Both the position numbers and the translations under genes were made by a program. Below are positions 44,201-57,500 of a stretch of 64,000 bases of DNA, piece after piece. Every line of letters starts with the position of its first letter. The stretch's first letter is position 1. Origin of the DNA: Patiria miniata (lineage: Eukaryota); the NCBI RefSeq assembly GCF_015706575.1, contig NW_024037061.1, forward strand, positions 1,043,897 through 1,107,896, written 5' to 3'. Under the pieces are notes generated by a model. The model ran no database searches and had not been told where the DNA came from. It saw only the letters and a list, made by a program, of their open reading frames with translations.

Positions 44201-46553
44201 GTACCACATTTGATACCCTGCGAACTTAATCCGCCTGTAATAGTATCGCTCAGAATATAACAATCATTAATAGGGAAAGAAAGTATAGTATCCAGACGCC
44301 ACTTCTTCGGTCATGTACCAAGTCTATGGAGAATTAAGAAACTTTTCTCTAAATAAGTATTTCCTAACAAAATTTGAAAGGTTTCTCAGTCCCAGATTCA
44401 TGTCGTCTTAATTTTCAACATTTTTGCAATGACTGACCTTCATTGAGATGATATATGAAGGAAACAGAGGCGTCAGGTTGCAACATTCCTTCCACTAGTA
44501 GAACTTTGACGTCAGGTATACACTTACCGGCTGAATGAGAATCACGTCCGAAGTGTTGAACTTGAAGGTAACTTTTGAATTGGAAGACCAATTAACATTT
44601 TAAAACTTTGTTCAGGTGTTGGAGCTGTAATGACCGTATCGCCAAGCATGATCATGATCTCACACTACTTCAAGAGACGCTACGTATTGGCCAATGGGCT
44701 AGCTGTGCTTGGACTGAACGTTGGTCAGATGGTCTTCCCGCCCTTAATCCGTCTCCTGGTCGTCAGCTACGGGTGGAGGGGCGCCATGTTTATCATTGGA
44801 GCGTTGCAGTTGCACGGGGTTGCCGCTTGCGCCCTCTTCCGGCCGCTCAAGGCCAGCCTCAGTAAAACCCCTCAGCACGAAGACATTGGAACTAGTAATA
44901 AAGAAAGAACCAATTCAGCCAACGCTTTTCTAGAGTATCTTAGATGCTTCCAGATCTTCGCGAACGTCAAAGCGATGTTAGTTCTGATCTCCAACAGTTT
45001 GCACTCAATGGCGATAATGGTAAACCTTATTCATCTACCGGAGCGGTCGAGGGAAGCTGGCTGGTCGCGTGACCAGAGCGCCATGTTGGTTTTCGTCTAC
45101 GGTCTGGTATCCGTAGTCACGCGCTCCACCCACGGTTGGTTCGTGGACAGGAACCACATTGGCTCCTTCAAGCTCCAGTTGCTGGTGATTCTCGGGGCGA
45201 CTGTCACTTCTTCCTTGAACCCCGTGTCGGACAGCTACGTTTTCTTGGTCGGCTACACTGTCGTTTTGGGAGCTTTCCTCGGTGCATCCACTCCTCTGTT
45301 GATCGTGAACATGAAGAATGTTGCCAGTGCGTCGCAGGTGCCGGCTGCTCTGAGTTTGGTATGGGCTTCCATATACCTCTTCAATGGCATTGGATCGGTT
45401 GTTGCTGGTGAGTACGCATATTTTATAGGCCTACATTGTAATAACAGTTGAATGTTCACATGGTAAATTCCTCTATACGATTATCTCCTGACGATGGGCA
45501 GGGCGCATTGTTCGAAACATTCAGTTTCTGCCTTTTTAATCGTCACAACATCAATTTTATTCAATTCAATTCAATTCAATTTAATTCAATCAATTCAATT
45601 CAATTCTGTTTATTGTCTACGTTAAAAACATAGAAATTTGATGCCCACTGACAAATCTGATAACACACTTAAAAACCACACACTAATTCACAGATAACCA
45701 AACAATACAATTAAATACTAATGTACCACGTGTTTCTAAAAGAGAAAATCCACGTTAAACAGTATATGTTAATTCCCAATAAAAACTACTTTATCTTCAT
45801 GATAGACCACAAGAAAAAGAGAAAAACAGGCTAAGAAGTATTAAAAAGAGATTTCTTGTAACATAGTGCATAAAATTAAGTTACCCTTATCTACGTGTTC
45901 ACATTATGTTGAAGACCAAACTCCATCGAGTTTTTAAGCAGATATGCTTAGCATGTTTTGGGCCATGCAAAAATCACTGGGGATCGACCAGTCTTAAGCA
46001 GCATACATAGCATGGCATTCGGCTAGTAACCTGTATTTTCTAAACCAGTATATGTTCAACACATAACACATTACTGTGCTATTAAGCTCCAAGATATTGA
46101 CCGCAAGTTATAATGCGCATGTGTGACGTTTAGACTTGAAAGACTTTTTATCTTGAAAGGCAAACATTTGGGAAAAAACACCCAATGGTGAATGTCCCAA
46201 TACCACTTTTTCCACTGTCAAGATGATCAAGATCACAATTCTTCTCAGTCATTGAAGTCAATTTATTTTTCATTTGGTGTAATTTTGCTGCAAAAGAAAG
46301 GTGCGTACACGACCTATTGGTTACTTTCGAGTGTTGTTTTGCATTTTCAGGTAAGATCTACGACGCCACTGGGAATTACGTAGCGCCTTTCCTGACGAGT
46401 GGTGCGATGTTTCTGTCCGCGTTTCTCGTTTTTGCTATAGTGACATTCATGAAGCGGAGAGAAGACAGGACGCAAGACAAAAACAAGATGAACACCTCGG
46501 GCGCTTTACGGTACCATACTGCGGCCGACGGCTTGGAGGAAAATAGTCTCTGA
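41040..46553 (+). CDS. Monocarboxylate transporter (SLC16 / MCT family) gene, 4 coding exons: 41040-41230, 43582-43722, 44616-45407, 46351-46553.
   Basis: N-terminal signature DGGWAWVVLLGAHVG..YTEWKEVFE..ASWLVSMPM (compare MCT1 DGGWGWAVVIGAF..FFKEIE..VSWISSIML). Also YFKRRYVLANGLAVLGLNVGQMVFPPLI and GWRGAMFIIGALQLHGV. All junctions are GT-AG (T|gtaagt, tcag|GC, ttcag|GT, G|gtgagt, tttcag|GT) with continuous phase. TGA at 46551-46553. Confidence 0.85.
41331..41570 (+). mobile_element. tRNA-derived SINE (MCT intron 1).
   Basis: Head gcttggcgtagcggtac...gacccgggttcgattcctgcc. Confidence 0.5.
42079..42246. mobile_element. Perfect palindromic foldback element, arms about 78 bp (MCT intron 1).
   Basis: gggaataaatgtgtgttcggtcagtattaaacactctgtttaagaccggtttgagtctggatgggcgataattaccc | tcggcttcgcctcg | exact reverse complement. 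Confidence 0.55.
42289..42558. mobile_element. Short element with 12-bp TIR (catgggcgtcgc / gcgacgcccatg). It encloses several G10-14 / C10-14 homopolymer tracts arranged as inverted pairs.
   Basis: Sequence read directly. A related G/C-tract block sits at 8250-8640. Confidence 0.4.
42722..43010 (+). mobile_element. tRNA-derived SINE (MCT intron 1).
   Basis: Head gcgctcgcctctcagcaaggtgaccacggttcgaatcctggcc. Confidence 0.5.
43582..43722 (+). CDS. MCT-like exon 2.
   Basis: Protein CFFVGVLASRVGIRRVSMLGAAVTGLATILGSKTSHIGQLYVCNGLL. Donor G|gtgagt. Confidence 0.8.
44616..45407 (+). CDS. MCT-like exon 3.
   Basis: ORF 44630..45451. Donor GCTG|gtgagt. Confidence 0.85.
46351..46553 (+). CDS. MCT-like exon 4 (C-terminal tail, stop).
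   Basis: Acceptor ttttgcattttcag|. ORF 46317..46553. Confidence 0.8.
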
Positions 46554-47640
46554 TTACTTTGATGAAGAATATGTGGTGTAACTATTTAAGTGCATTTGTC
46601 TTCAAGCAAAATTGAAACCTGGATCCTGATTGGTCGATCTATGCATGGCAACGGCAGTGTGATATCCCATCTTGCGTGGTCCATAGTGCACTTCGCGAGT
46701 CGCCTTGTGGCACATGGGACACAAGTTCACACAACGGACTATTGTTCCCGGTTCCCGTCGCGCTCGTGGGACAACCACTAGGGCCAACCCTTCACAAAGC
46801 AAATTTGAATCCTCAATCAAGATACTGCAACAGAATGCAAGTCCCGCTTGATAGGTATGAGGTTTTACCTCTCACGTACATGTAGGCCAGTGCCTGTGTG
46901 CTCATAAGGAGAACCATCAATCTAACTATAAATCACAACGCACTCTGATCGCCTAAATCCACACACTAACTCACAGATATCCAAGACAATACAATAAAAT
47001 ACTAATGTACCACGTGTTTCTAAAAAGAAAAATCCACGTTACACAGTATATGTAAATTCCCAATAAAAACTACTGTATCGCGTTGCGTTTGTATTAGTCT
47101 CTTAATACACTAACATCCGTCTTGTAACAAATCCATCGCGAGACTGGCAATCGGGCGGCCATTGGAGCAAAGACTATTTGCACCGAGCGATTACGGTCAC
47201 TGTCTACTGGTAGTCTCTGCTCAATTCGCCTCGTGGCTCCGCTTTGCCGTGTGGCTCCACTTCGCCGGGACATAGTCTACTATACTACTTGTTCCATTAG
47301 GAAACAGTTTACAAAATTTGTTTATTAATGCAGTGTCTTATTGTTTGCATTATTATGTTACTGAGTAAAATAAAGCATTCTTTGGATAACAAGTTTCAAA
47401 CGGTTTGGTATTATAAAGCCTTTGTTTACTTGTTTTAAATTTTATTTTTTGGTTACTAAAACATTCAAGATTCAGAATTTATTGTCATCTGTATAAACAT
47501 ACATAGAAATTTAGTCTTGCGAGCATTAAAAATTCATTAAGTGCCCCCAATATATGTCCCCGTGCAAATTGGACCTTTGTTCGGCCTGTCGGCCTCTGAT
47601 ACGTGGTGCAATCATTATCGGACTATGTATATGTCCAGGT

Positions 47641-48825
47641 TTACTTGCCAGAGCATGCCCTGGTGACAAACTTCTTCTTGTCGAAGACGGGCATCTTGCA
47701 CATGAAGCCGCGGCGTAGGGTCTTACTGTCGCCATTGGTGTCGTTCCATTCTCTGGTAGAGCTCATCTCCGCCTGGTCCTCACTCCTACCAGACCCTCCG
47801 TCGTCTGGGCTGCCTGATCTCCAGTTTTTGTACGGAGTGGGGCTACCGTCTGTCCAGACAAATGTTCCTTCGGGTTTTGTAAACAAATAATACAAATATA
47901 ACAATGGAGCTATACACCACGTCTCCTATCGTAATAAAAGTGTGTGATTGGCCGGTTTTAAACAAGTCCGTTTAAGACTGGAATAGACGCTGCTAATATA
48001 ACAGCCTGAGCCGAAGGCGAGGGGTATCATTGGCGACTATAGCCCCCAGTCGGCCTTAAATGGACTTGTTAAATACCGGCCAAGCACATATGTATTCCAA
48101 TTCATAATACCTTTTTGGTCTAAGAATAGTCAAAACAAGTCAACAATTATAACTTTCCAAAGCTTTTGTTCAACAATTTTAGTCAATGTTTTTGAGCTCG
48201 TTTTGTAGATCGTTTTGATAGATTTCATGCAAGACTTTCATGCAAGACGGCCAGAGGTTATTGCGCACTCGCTCTTGTTTACAGTCAAAATGACTCGCTT
48301 TCTTCACGGTTTGTCTCCTTCAACTGCACAACCAATTTCCAGCATGTAGGCCTATGATTGGGTGCGTCTGTAGTCACTTGGTCCGTTTGTTGGTCTTTTA
48401 AAATTCATAATTGAAAAGTTTACCGGAAATATGACATATTTTATGTTACGTTTAAATTAAATGACGTACTGCGCTTGTGAGTATGGAAATTAAAGTTCTA
48501 TAACTTGAATCTTACCTTCATTCTGGGTATCGGTGAAACCAATCCAAAAGTTTCCACGCATGCCGGCCATCGTGGCTATGTCCAAGATGAAATCGTTCTC
48601 ATCTTGGTCCTGCACTGAAGCTAGGTGGCCCGTCCCGTTTAGGGTGGAGAACCCCTGGCAGTACGCCTCAGCTTCATGGAACGTAACCGACAGCTTACTA
48701 CGGGGCACGAACTTGTAGCAGTGATCTCTGAACTGAACCCAGCCCGGCTCACATTGGCCGATAAAGCACCCGCACGCTGCGGTGCATGACGCCACCATCA
48801 CCGCAAGAATTAAATTTCCCTTCAT
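47641..48825 (-). CDS. Secreted single-CTLD C-type lectin, about 180 aa. Two exons: 48825-48516 and 47867-47641.
   Basis: MKGNLILAVMVASCTAACG signal peptide. CEPGWVQFRDHCYKF..AEAYCQG..HLASVQDQDENDFI..NFWIGFTDTQNEG | TFVWTDGSPTPYKNW..PDD..EDQAEMS..REWNDTNGDSKTLRRGFMCK. Donor GAAG|gtaaga. Acceptor cccgaag|GAACA. Phase 1 on both sides. Confidence 0.75.
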
Positions 48826-51059
48826 GGTCAAAATGAAATATGACGATGCTTTCGTGTGAATTGCTTATCAAGTTTGGTGTTTTGAAATCAGATTAAGAAC
48901 TAGTAGTTTGATTTAGAACTGAGATCAGGCCGATAGTTGTACTGCCTTGACTCAGTCTCACTCGAACACGTAGGTAGATCTTTGCTAAATAGCAAGCAGA
49001 CGGGAACCATTTGCGAAATAGGCCTCGTATAAAAACAAAATCAATTGTCATATGAGACCAGCAATATTACGCTGCTTGCCTGTTTGTTATCACAGCGCTA
49101 CCGAGACAGGGAACCAATATATTTTACCATGGAAACAAATTTACGTCGTACGTGTAATTCAGCGTTCGCACAACAGAAACATGTTTGGACTGCATCGATT
49201 TCTTTTCACTATTTAACAATCACAACGGCCTACAAACATTATGCCAGAAATTGAAGGTTAATAAATGTCCAATAAGGAATTGCTTGTCCATAGACCGACT
49301 TCGCTTAGGCCTATGCATATTGAAAAAAATTATATTGGGCCTGTTTCAAGAGTATTGTTGTCTAATGGTGTTTCCAAACGGTTGCATCACTATTTTGGAT
49401 GGTGGAATGCATGTGCTTCCGTCAATCGGCCGGTAGAAATTATTTTAATATCACGTCATTGGGCTGCGCTGAAGACAACCGCATTAATGCGGTTTGCTGC
49501 GTTTTTACTCATGTTGGTTAAAATATTATACTTTTGGCATATTACATTTAAGTCATATGCATTTCAGTTTGGTTCAAACAGTCTTGGGGTTGATACAATA
49601 TATATTCATCCACTGCAATCGAACGACCTTTGGCACCTAACGCACCGCTAGAGGGCGTTATACCTGCTGGAGGAGGGGCCCAATCAAAATGTTTAATACC
49701 GATGCCACTGAAAGGCTTTAGTATTTTCATGGTTTCACGTGTGAAAACTATTCGCAGCGTGACAACACATCCCTTTCCCAGCTAAAAAACACTTAACTGA
49801 AGACGGATATAACCTCACAAAACGCAAGAAAGTCACGACGATGTCTCTTTAAACGTCAACAGTTAAGTTGGCGTTGCGATTAACAAATTACTTCGATTGA
49901 AAAATGTCTCAGTTAAAAGGGCAATGTCCGATTTTGTGCGGAACTTAAAGAGGGCAATGGATATGTATCGCTAGAGGCGCAAATAAACCTGTTGTGTATT
50001 CATTTTTAGTAAATTAAAATAAACAAAGAATAGAGACACCTCCAACATGTAGAAATCTATTACATTTCTCCTGGATTTTGATCCGTTTTTGTTTATTCGG
50101 CACAAACAGTACACTCGCCTTTTAAAGGCAAAAATCTTATGTCATTTAAAGAAAATAAAGGTATATTATTTATGTTTACAAAACAGATGACCTTACTAAT
50201 GATATTGCATATGTAGTAACGACTTTCTTTTTAATAACTTCATAATATTGCCTAGGTTTAACTTACAGAAAAAAATAGGGCTTTCCATGACCAATTCCTA
50301 TGCTGTTTTGGCTTCATAGGAACCAATTTATAATACACTAGCCAGTCATCATGCTAAAATAAATACTGCGCTTCATCACATATGAGTTGTGCAGGACTTG
50401 CCTTTGTTCTTGGAAAATTATCTTTCCATGAAAAAAACAACAAAAAATTCCACGACTTTTCGATGACTTTCCACGATAACTTTAAAGGGTTCATTAAATG
50501 AAGCTGAAGAAAATATTTTGTGTAACTTTCTACTCCTTTTAAATGTTTGAAAAATATTTTACATCCCTTTTTGGTTAATTTTATTCAAAAGTGAAATTTT
50601 TTTAAACTTTTAAAATTTTCCATGTTTTTCCGGACAAACGAGGGCGCTGTTGCTGTGATGTCATTTCAGGACGACACTGTTCACTTAAGGGTTTTCTGTT
50701 CAAACTGTGAACCAAAAAAATTGATAATTGAAAATATTTGTGAGAAAAGTTTGCTCACTGGCCTACTGCCATGTACTTACATTACAAATCACCAAATAAA
50801 AGAAAATTTAGGACAGTGAAATATCCAAAAATCTGGAACTTTTGGTGCTGAAATAGCTGTCATATTGAGGTTCCTAACTGAAATGACATCACACATTTGC
50901 CCATGAAAATGGAAATTTGCCTTAGCATAAAAAAGGGCACCTAAATTCCCTTGAAAATGGCACTAACGGAAATTGAAACTTGGATCAAATGGTGCACAAA
51001 GGTGTATGTCCAAGGATTGCATTAAAAAAATTACATTGCATATGGGCCCTTTCAATATT

Positions 51060-51230
51060 CCACAATTTTTTCCATGATTTTCCATGATAGCTTTAAATTC
51101 CATGATTTTTCCATGGGTTTCCATGATAGCTTTAAATTCCATGATTTTTCCATGGGTTTCCATGATAACTTTAAATGCCATGATTTTTTCCAGGACTTTT
51201 CCATGACTGTATGGAACCCTGTATACAGTC
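51060..51230. repeat. Minisatellite of about 48 bp x 3.5, just downstream of the RO60 3' end.
   Basis: Unit ccatgatagctttaaattccatgatttttccatgggtttc. Confidence 0.65.
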
Positions 51231-51264
51231 TTTATAGGATGAGACTTCATTCTGTATTCAATCC

Positions 51265-51559
51265 TCAGACCACCAACTTCTCCATAGCTTGCTTCAGCCC
51301 CTCATCCCGGATTTCGGCTTCGATAGCCTGGACGTTGGCGTTGAAGTCCTGGCTTTCCATGGAGAGGAGTCCAAGTAGTTTGTTGAGCTTGAGCAGATCG
51401 GGGCGCTGCTCGTCCAAGCGGAACTGAATCGGCCGGAAGCCTCTGGCCTGGAGCTTCCGAACCATCTTGCCGGTGGAGTGCTGCTGCTTCAGGAAGGAGA
51501 CGAAGACCAACTTGGCCGGGTAGACTTCCCTGTGGTACTTCTCAAACACATCGTCGAAA
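51265..51559 (-). CDS. RO60: RO60 exon 9 (terminal).
   Basis: ttctccag|TTTCGAC. ORF 51265..51549. Confidence 0.8.
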
Positions 51560-54500
51560 CTGGAGAAGCAAAACGGAAGAGCAAAAGTGGTTACTTTGAC
51601 AACAAGTTTGGGGGTTCGTGTGGTCTAGCCACAGGATTCATGATCGTGAAGTTGTGGGTTCGAGCCCCGCCATGGTCATGCGTGTTGTGCCCTTGAGTAA
51701 GGCGCTTTACCTCAATTACTCCTCTCGACCCAGGTGTTAAATGGGTACCTGCATTATTCAATGTTGGGAAGGTAACAGACTGGCTGTGGAGATCCCCCTA
51801 CAGCAGCATATGAGTCTGGCCCAATCGCTTCGAAAGAGAGATGGGCACTCCGTTCCTGTGCACACAGGTTCGTCCCCTTTACCTTGGGGATCTGTATTTC
51901 TGCTGGTCTACATCAGGTGTAAGTGCTTCTAGCAGCTTTCCCAGTTAGGGCCTGTAAACTCGGAAAGATTACAGTACTTCTAGTGGTACACTCTTATCTT
52001 GTTAATCCCTTTGTCAACAAACTATCAGATACTGCTGCTAATCCCCTGCACTTGTCAATATCAGCTGTGTGACAGCACGTGGCTTTATTACACTAATTGT
52101 TAGGGATTATAAAGCCACTCTTTGAACAAAGGATTAAGATAGATTAGAGGGCTGGCCAGTTTACAGTTAGATTGGCTGTTTTCTCTCAGAAGTGTCTAGT
52201 GGCGGTTACTCGCAATGAAGTGTCTCTTTGTGCCTATTGATATTTCACAAGTTACTCACTCAAACATAAGCGAATAACATGGTGTAGCCCCTTTCACCTG
52301 TGCTGAAGTATTGACCCTGACAAGCCTAGCCAAACACCCACCCCTCTGACAAGAACCGCAGGGTTGAATTGAACAACAACAGCACAAGGTACAACAGCGT
52401 CTTGTTTCTCTGAAACTTACTACTTTGCCATGTGGTTGATCATGAGGGGATCATTCTCTTCCTCGTCGGTGACAACGATGAAAGTCTTGACCACTTTCTT
52501 GGCCTGGTAATAAGGATACAGGCTGGCAGCAGGGGCCGTGCCTCCTACGGCAGTCATTGTTGTGGCCAGATGAAGCGCCTGAAGAAAAATTATAACAAAA
52601 AGCTTTATTTTAAAATTTCTTTTGATAGTGAAACAAGGGGATTCTCTAAAAATGTCCTTAATCTTATCCTGCTTAATGCAACGGAAAACAAAAGTGGTAA
52701 AAATTGCTGCATACTACTGCACTTAACAGTCAACTTAAGTCCCACACTTGGTTGCATCTTGTTGCATTTAGCATGGTAACTGCATAGTGCCACGTCAATA
52801 CAACAAAATCCACTGTTGCATCTTGTTGCATTTAGCATGGGAACTGCATAGTGCCCCAGCCATACAACAGAATCCACTGTTGCATCTTGTTGCATTTAGC
52901 ATGGTAACTGCATAGTGCCAAGATGATATAACAGAATCCACCGTTGCATCTTGTTGCATTTAGCATGGTTACTGCATAGTGCCATGGGGATACAACAGAA
53001 TCCACTGTTGCATCTTGTTGCATTTAGCATGGTAACTGCATAGTGCCACGGGGATACAACAGAATCCAATGTTGCATCTTGTTGCATTTAGCATGGTAAC
53101 TGCATAGTGCGAAGGCGATACAACAGAATCTACTGCTGCCTCTTGTTGCATTTAACTGATGCATCACTGGTTACCAAAAGCATCAAGCATCATTATACAT
53201 AGCAGGGAGCAACACGTTAACAAAGTTGCCATAAGTGTGCTATCGTCAGAAATGTCATGAACTTTTAACGATTAGTTGTTTATAGTCTTCACCCGAACTT
53301 GCTTGTAGTGAGATTTATTACGGCTTTGTCTAACAACCAAACTTTACCTCCTCAACAGTCCTTGGCAAGTGCGGAGGCGTGTGGTTGGAACGATTGAAGA
53401 AGCATAGCTCTGCCTTGGAGATGGCACACAGCAGGCTGGCGATGATGGTACTGGTCTGCACCGCCACACTCATGGACTGCGAACGGTCTCCGATCACGAC
53501 CACAGGTGCATCAATTGTAACACTGCAAGGATGTCAAGAAAGGAGAAATGATGAAGAACAGATGAAGAGGATTCTGTGATGACCAAACGTTAAGAATGTG
53601 CTGGTTTATTTTGGTTTCAACTCTGCACAAGTATCTCCTCCTGAAGATGGACGGAGCACACTGTCTGAAACGTTGAGTTCTACACTCAACCAACCAGTTC
53701 TTTTCAGAACCAGACTTCTTCCAAGAAGAGTTACTTTCCACATGGTGCTACCTGCAATCTTTCTACTTTAAGTATCTCCTCACCGCTGCAAAGACAGAGA
53801 GACGTGACGGCATATTATTGCTACCTTGCCTTTCTGGAACCCCCACAAAGACAGTCCAGATTTTGATGCATTTGATACAAAATTAGTTGGGAAATCTCTA
53901 AGCCAAAAAATGCCAAACTTGTCCAACTGCCACCAACAGTAACAAAACATCCCAAATATCCTCAATTAAAGTGTGACAGAATGCTGATCAAAAACTTACT
54001 TAATCTCTGACAGCCTGTGCTCTGCAATCGGTAGAAGGATCTGATAGAACTCGGCAATGGTCTTCTTCTGAGTTGCCATCATTTCTATAATCAGAAAAAA
54101 AAAAAGAGAACGGAAAATCATAACTTGCATCTGGTGACACATCAATGGTGTTTTCTAATGTTTTTTTTTAATCGTACAGCTCAGGCTATGCAGCTGTATC
54201 TCCACCTGTTAGATCTAAGATCATCTGCCACCAATTTTATGGCGCACAGATGCTTACTTAGTATAAAAAAAACCCCAATTTCTGACAAGACAGCCCTTTC
54301 GTGAAAGTAGCGGCACTCTGAACAAGATTTGTGTCTCACCCTCTCTCATGACCTTGATGATAAGAAGACGCTCCATGAGTTTCCCGTAGGGAAGATTCAC
54401 TGGTTCGCCTGCCATGATTCTGTGCATGATCACTGCGTCGACAGCGGGGCAGCTCAGATCTTCATAGTACCTATAAAATCAAGAGACAATTTCTAATCAC

Positions 54501-57500
54501 CTTTTGATGGGAAGGCACGGAAAATATAAAAATGTTCACGCAAATGTTTTCACATCGGACAAAGTTTCATCGCGAAAGGATTCAACGTACAAGTCATTAA
54601 GCTGTAACAGATCGGAACTGGCTAGCTGAGTATACGGTGACTTAAAGGTCCATTACACTTGTAATCGAGGGGTCACAATGAAACAGTTGTTGACGTCATG
54701 AAATTTGTTCCGCTTTTGCTTTCGCGTGAAGTACAAACTGGTCTTAACCCTTTCATTACCACATTGTTTATTGACTTAGCTCTCCCCAGGACCAAATTGT
54801 TTGCTCAGTTGTGCGGAATTCACTAGAGCATGAAAAAATGACCACAAGTTGAAAACTCACTTTTTTCCAACCCAGATTTTCACTGCCAACGAGTGATTAA
54901 AATCGTGGGTGTTTTGTGTAAAGTTTGTTCCTTGAACCTTACTCGTTTATGTGATGTAAAAATAAAGTCAAAATGTGCAAATAATACGAAAGTTATGCCT
55001 TTTTGTTCATCTGGCCCCATTTATCAAACTGCAAGCCATTTCACCACATGACCAAATGGCACTCCATACCTCAAGTTGTGCGTGGATACTTCTGAAGCAG
55101 TTTTTTTAAGAAGCTTTGTAATGGTGACACCAGAATAAACTACACCATTAGAACGATCCGATGTTGATGTATGGGCGGCCAAACACACCAACATGCCGCC
55201 TTTCTGAGAAGTAGTGAATAAATCTGTGTTGAGGGTGTACTTTGTGTGGTTTCCTGATTGACTAAAGTCGCCTATGGTGAGCAGCAGGGGGCAGTTCCTT
55301 GTCAACAAAAGTTGCCCCTGGTAAGGAAAGGGTTAAAGCTTATTCATTTTTCTTTAAATAGCTGGTCCTCTTAGACTCACCATAGCACTGTGTCCAACTT
55401 CTCCTTCCCACTAATCAGCTCCTTGGATTCCTCGGTCAGCACCTGCTTGAACCGCTTGACATGTGCGTACGGGATGTCGTACAGCCGCAGCAAGTTGTTG
55501 ACGTTGCGTTCGCTGAGGTTACTGCAGTTGTACACGGTCGAGTCATAGGGGGCGCTCTTACCGTAGCAGTACGGCAGGAACCAGGGCACGCTGGGGAAGT
55601 CCTGAGAAGATTTTCAATAAGCGTGGAATGGTTCATGCAATAGCAGTCGTATGCATCCAGAGACAACTTTGATGAAAGAAACTCCCTCATTCTACAGAGT
55701 GGTCGAAAAAACCGCAGCCCAATTTCTGGGCTCTATTTACCATTACTAGTGAAAAATCCTTGCTTACTTTAGCAGAAAATTCCGTGCTTACGGTAAGCGC
55801 ATTACAAGGAAAAGCAAGGAATCATGCGCATGCGTACATCCGGTAACTAAGGATTCTGTGCTTAAAAGGGTTACTATGCTAGCGCGGTTAGCACAAACTG
55901 GTGATCATAAGTGCCGAATTCTGTGGTAAGAGGAACCATGAAGTTAGGCCCAGAGGTAGCGGGCATCGCTAGAGGAGGAGGGGTGGTGTCAGTAAAATCG
56001 TCCCGTCGGCAAAAATTGAGTGTCCGTTAGCATATATTACACGATGAAGACCGCCACCTATACTTGATTGTCCTATGGGGGGTGGGTGGGGGGGGGGGGG
56101 GGGTGGGGGGTGGGGGTGGGGGGAATCTCACCTTGCAAGGATTGAAGTGCACAAGGTCAGCTAGCTTCTGCCATGGCTCCTTGGGCATGTGCAGGGCAAA
56201 GAACTCCAGATCACGAGTGGCAACGCTAGTCATCCAGCGCTTGATACGACGCACCACCGCACCGCTCAATGACCCAGCCTGAAAAAACAAAGACAGGCTC
56301 TTTATCAATCGGGATTAGCATGTAAACTGTTCACTTTCTATTTGTACGTTTTGACTTTTGTCGCATTTAACCACTTTGCGCCGGGATTATTTTGGCTGAA
56401 AATTTTGATTTTTGCAAAAGGCAAGATTTTCCTCCCAACTTCTGATATACAGCTTAACGCCACAAACACTGACGCATGAGTTGTTTCAACATTATTTGTA
56501 CGATCTTTCCTGCTGAAACCTCATATGTTTCAATACTCTGAGCTTTGCAGGCCATGCACAGTGGCCAATTCAAGATCAACACACGGTCCACCTCCACAGA
56601 CTTCACGGACTTTGTGTGTGTACAAGAGACATGAGGGATAAGCATTTTTAGATGTCACCCAGAGGCGAGTCAACGCAATCTTGACGTTTTAAACCGTCCG
56701 CCGTGCCTGTGTATGAAAACAGCCAGTGCCTGTTATCACGTTCTCCGATGCAATCTTGTTAAATGCATGTCTAAGTAACACCGCAAGTTTGTACTTTTGC
56801 ACAAGTCACTGACTATAATGCACCGCAAACATTTGTGAAATTTGTCCTACATGTAACTTAAGCGTACAATCTATACATCAAAATTCCTGGAACAAATAAA
56901 CAAGAGATTTGACTTGACACAAATTTCTGGGAAGAATTCAACCGACCTTGGGCTTGTTGCTCGTCAGGTTCTTAATCACAGACTTGATCTTGCCCACCGC
57001 CTGGTTCTGCTTGCGCGGCAGTTTCTTGGGGTGCATCTGCAGACGCTTCAGCTTGCGTTCCCACTCCCGGATCCTGCGGCTCGTATCCAGCAAGGTTGCT
57101 GCCTTGAGGACCTCCACCAGGCCGAACTCGTTGGAGTTATGACCGAGCAGGGAGTTGGCAAGTTCATTGTCACTGTGGGCCCAGGCTGCTGCCAGGGCAT
57201 GAACCTTTGAGGCTGTAAAAGTATGCATAGACATATTGAAAAAAAACTTGTTTTACTTAATTTTAATGAGTCAACTCTGAGGAGAGAAGTTTATCCTCCT
57301 GTGGTCTTATAAACAAATTTCAATGCGAATAGACTGATTTGGTGTTCATTTCCGCAGGTATATGTAGTATGAACGCACTTCGCGATTCTATAAAGGGGCA
57401 CTGCGTTCTAAAATCTCCGAAAAGGAAACCAACCTTATGTCTTACCACTCCCGAGAGAAAAACAAAACAAAAACGGTTGTTCACAACGGAGTACGCATAC

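Noticed and set aside
49045-49730. Cluster of small ORFs between the lectin and RO60 genes.
   Set aside because: AT-rich intergenic DNA with ORFs on both strands of similar size. No coding signature.
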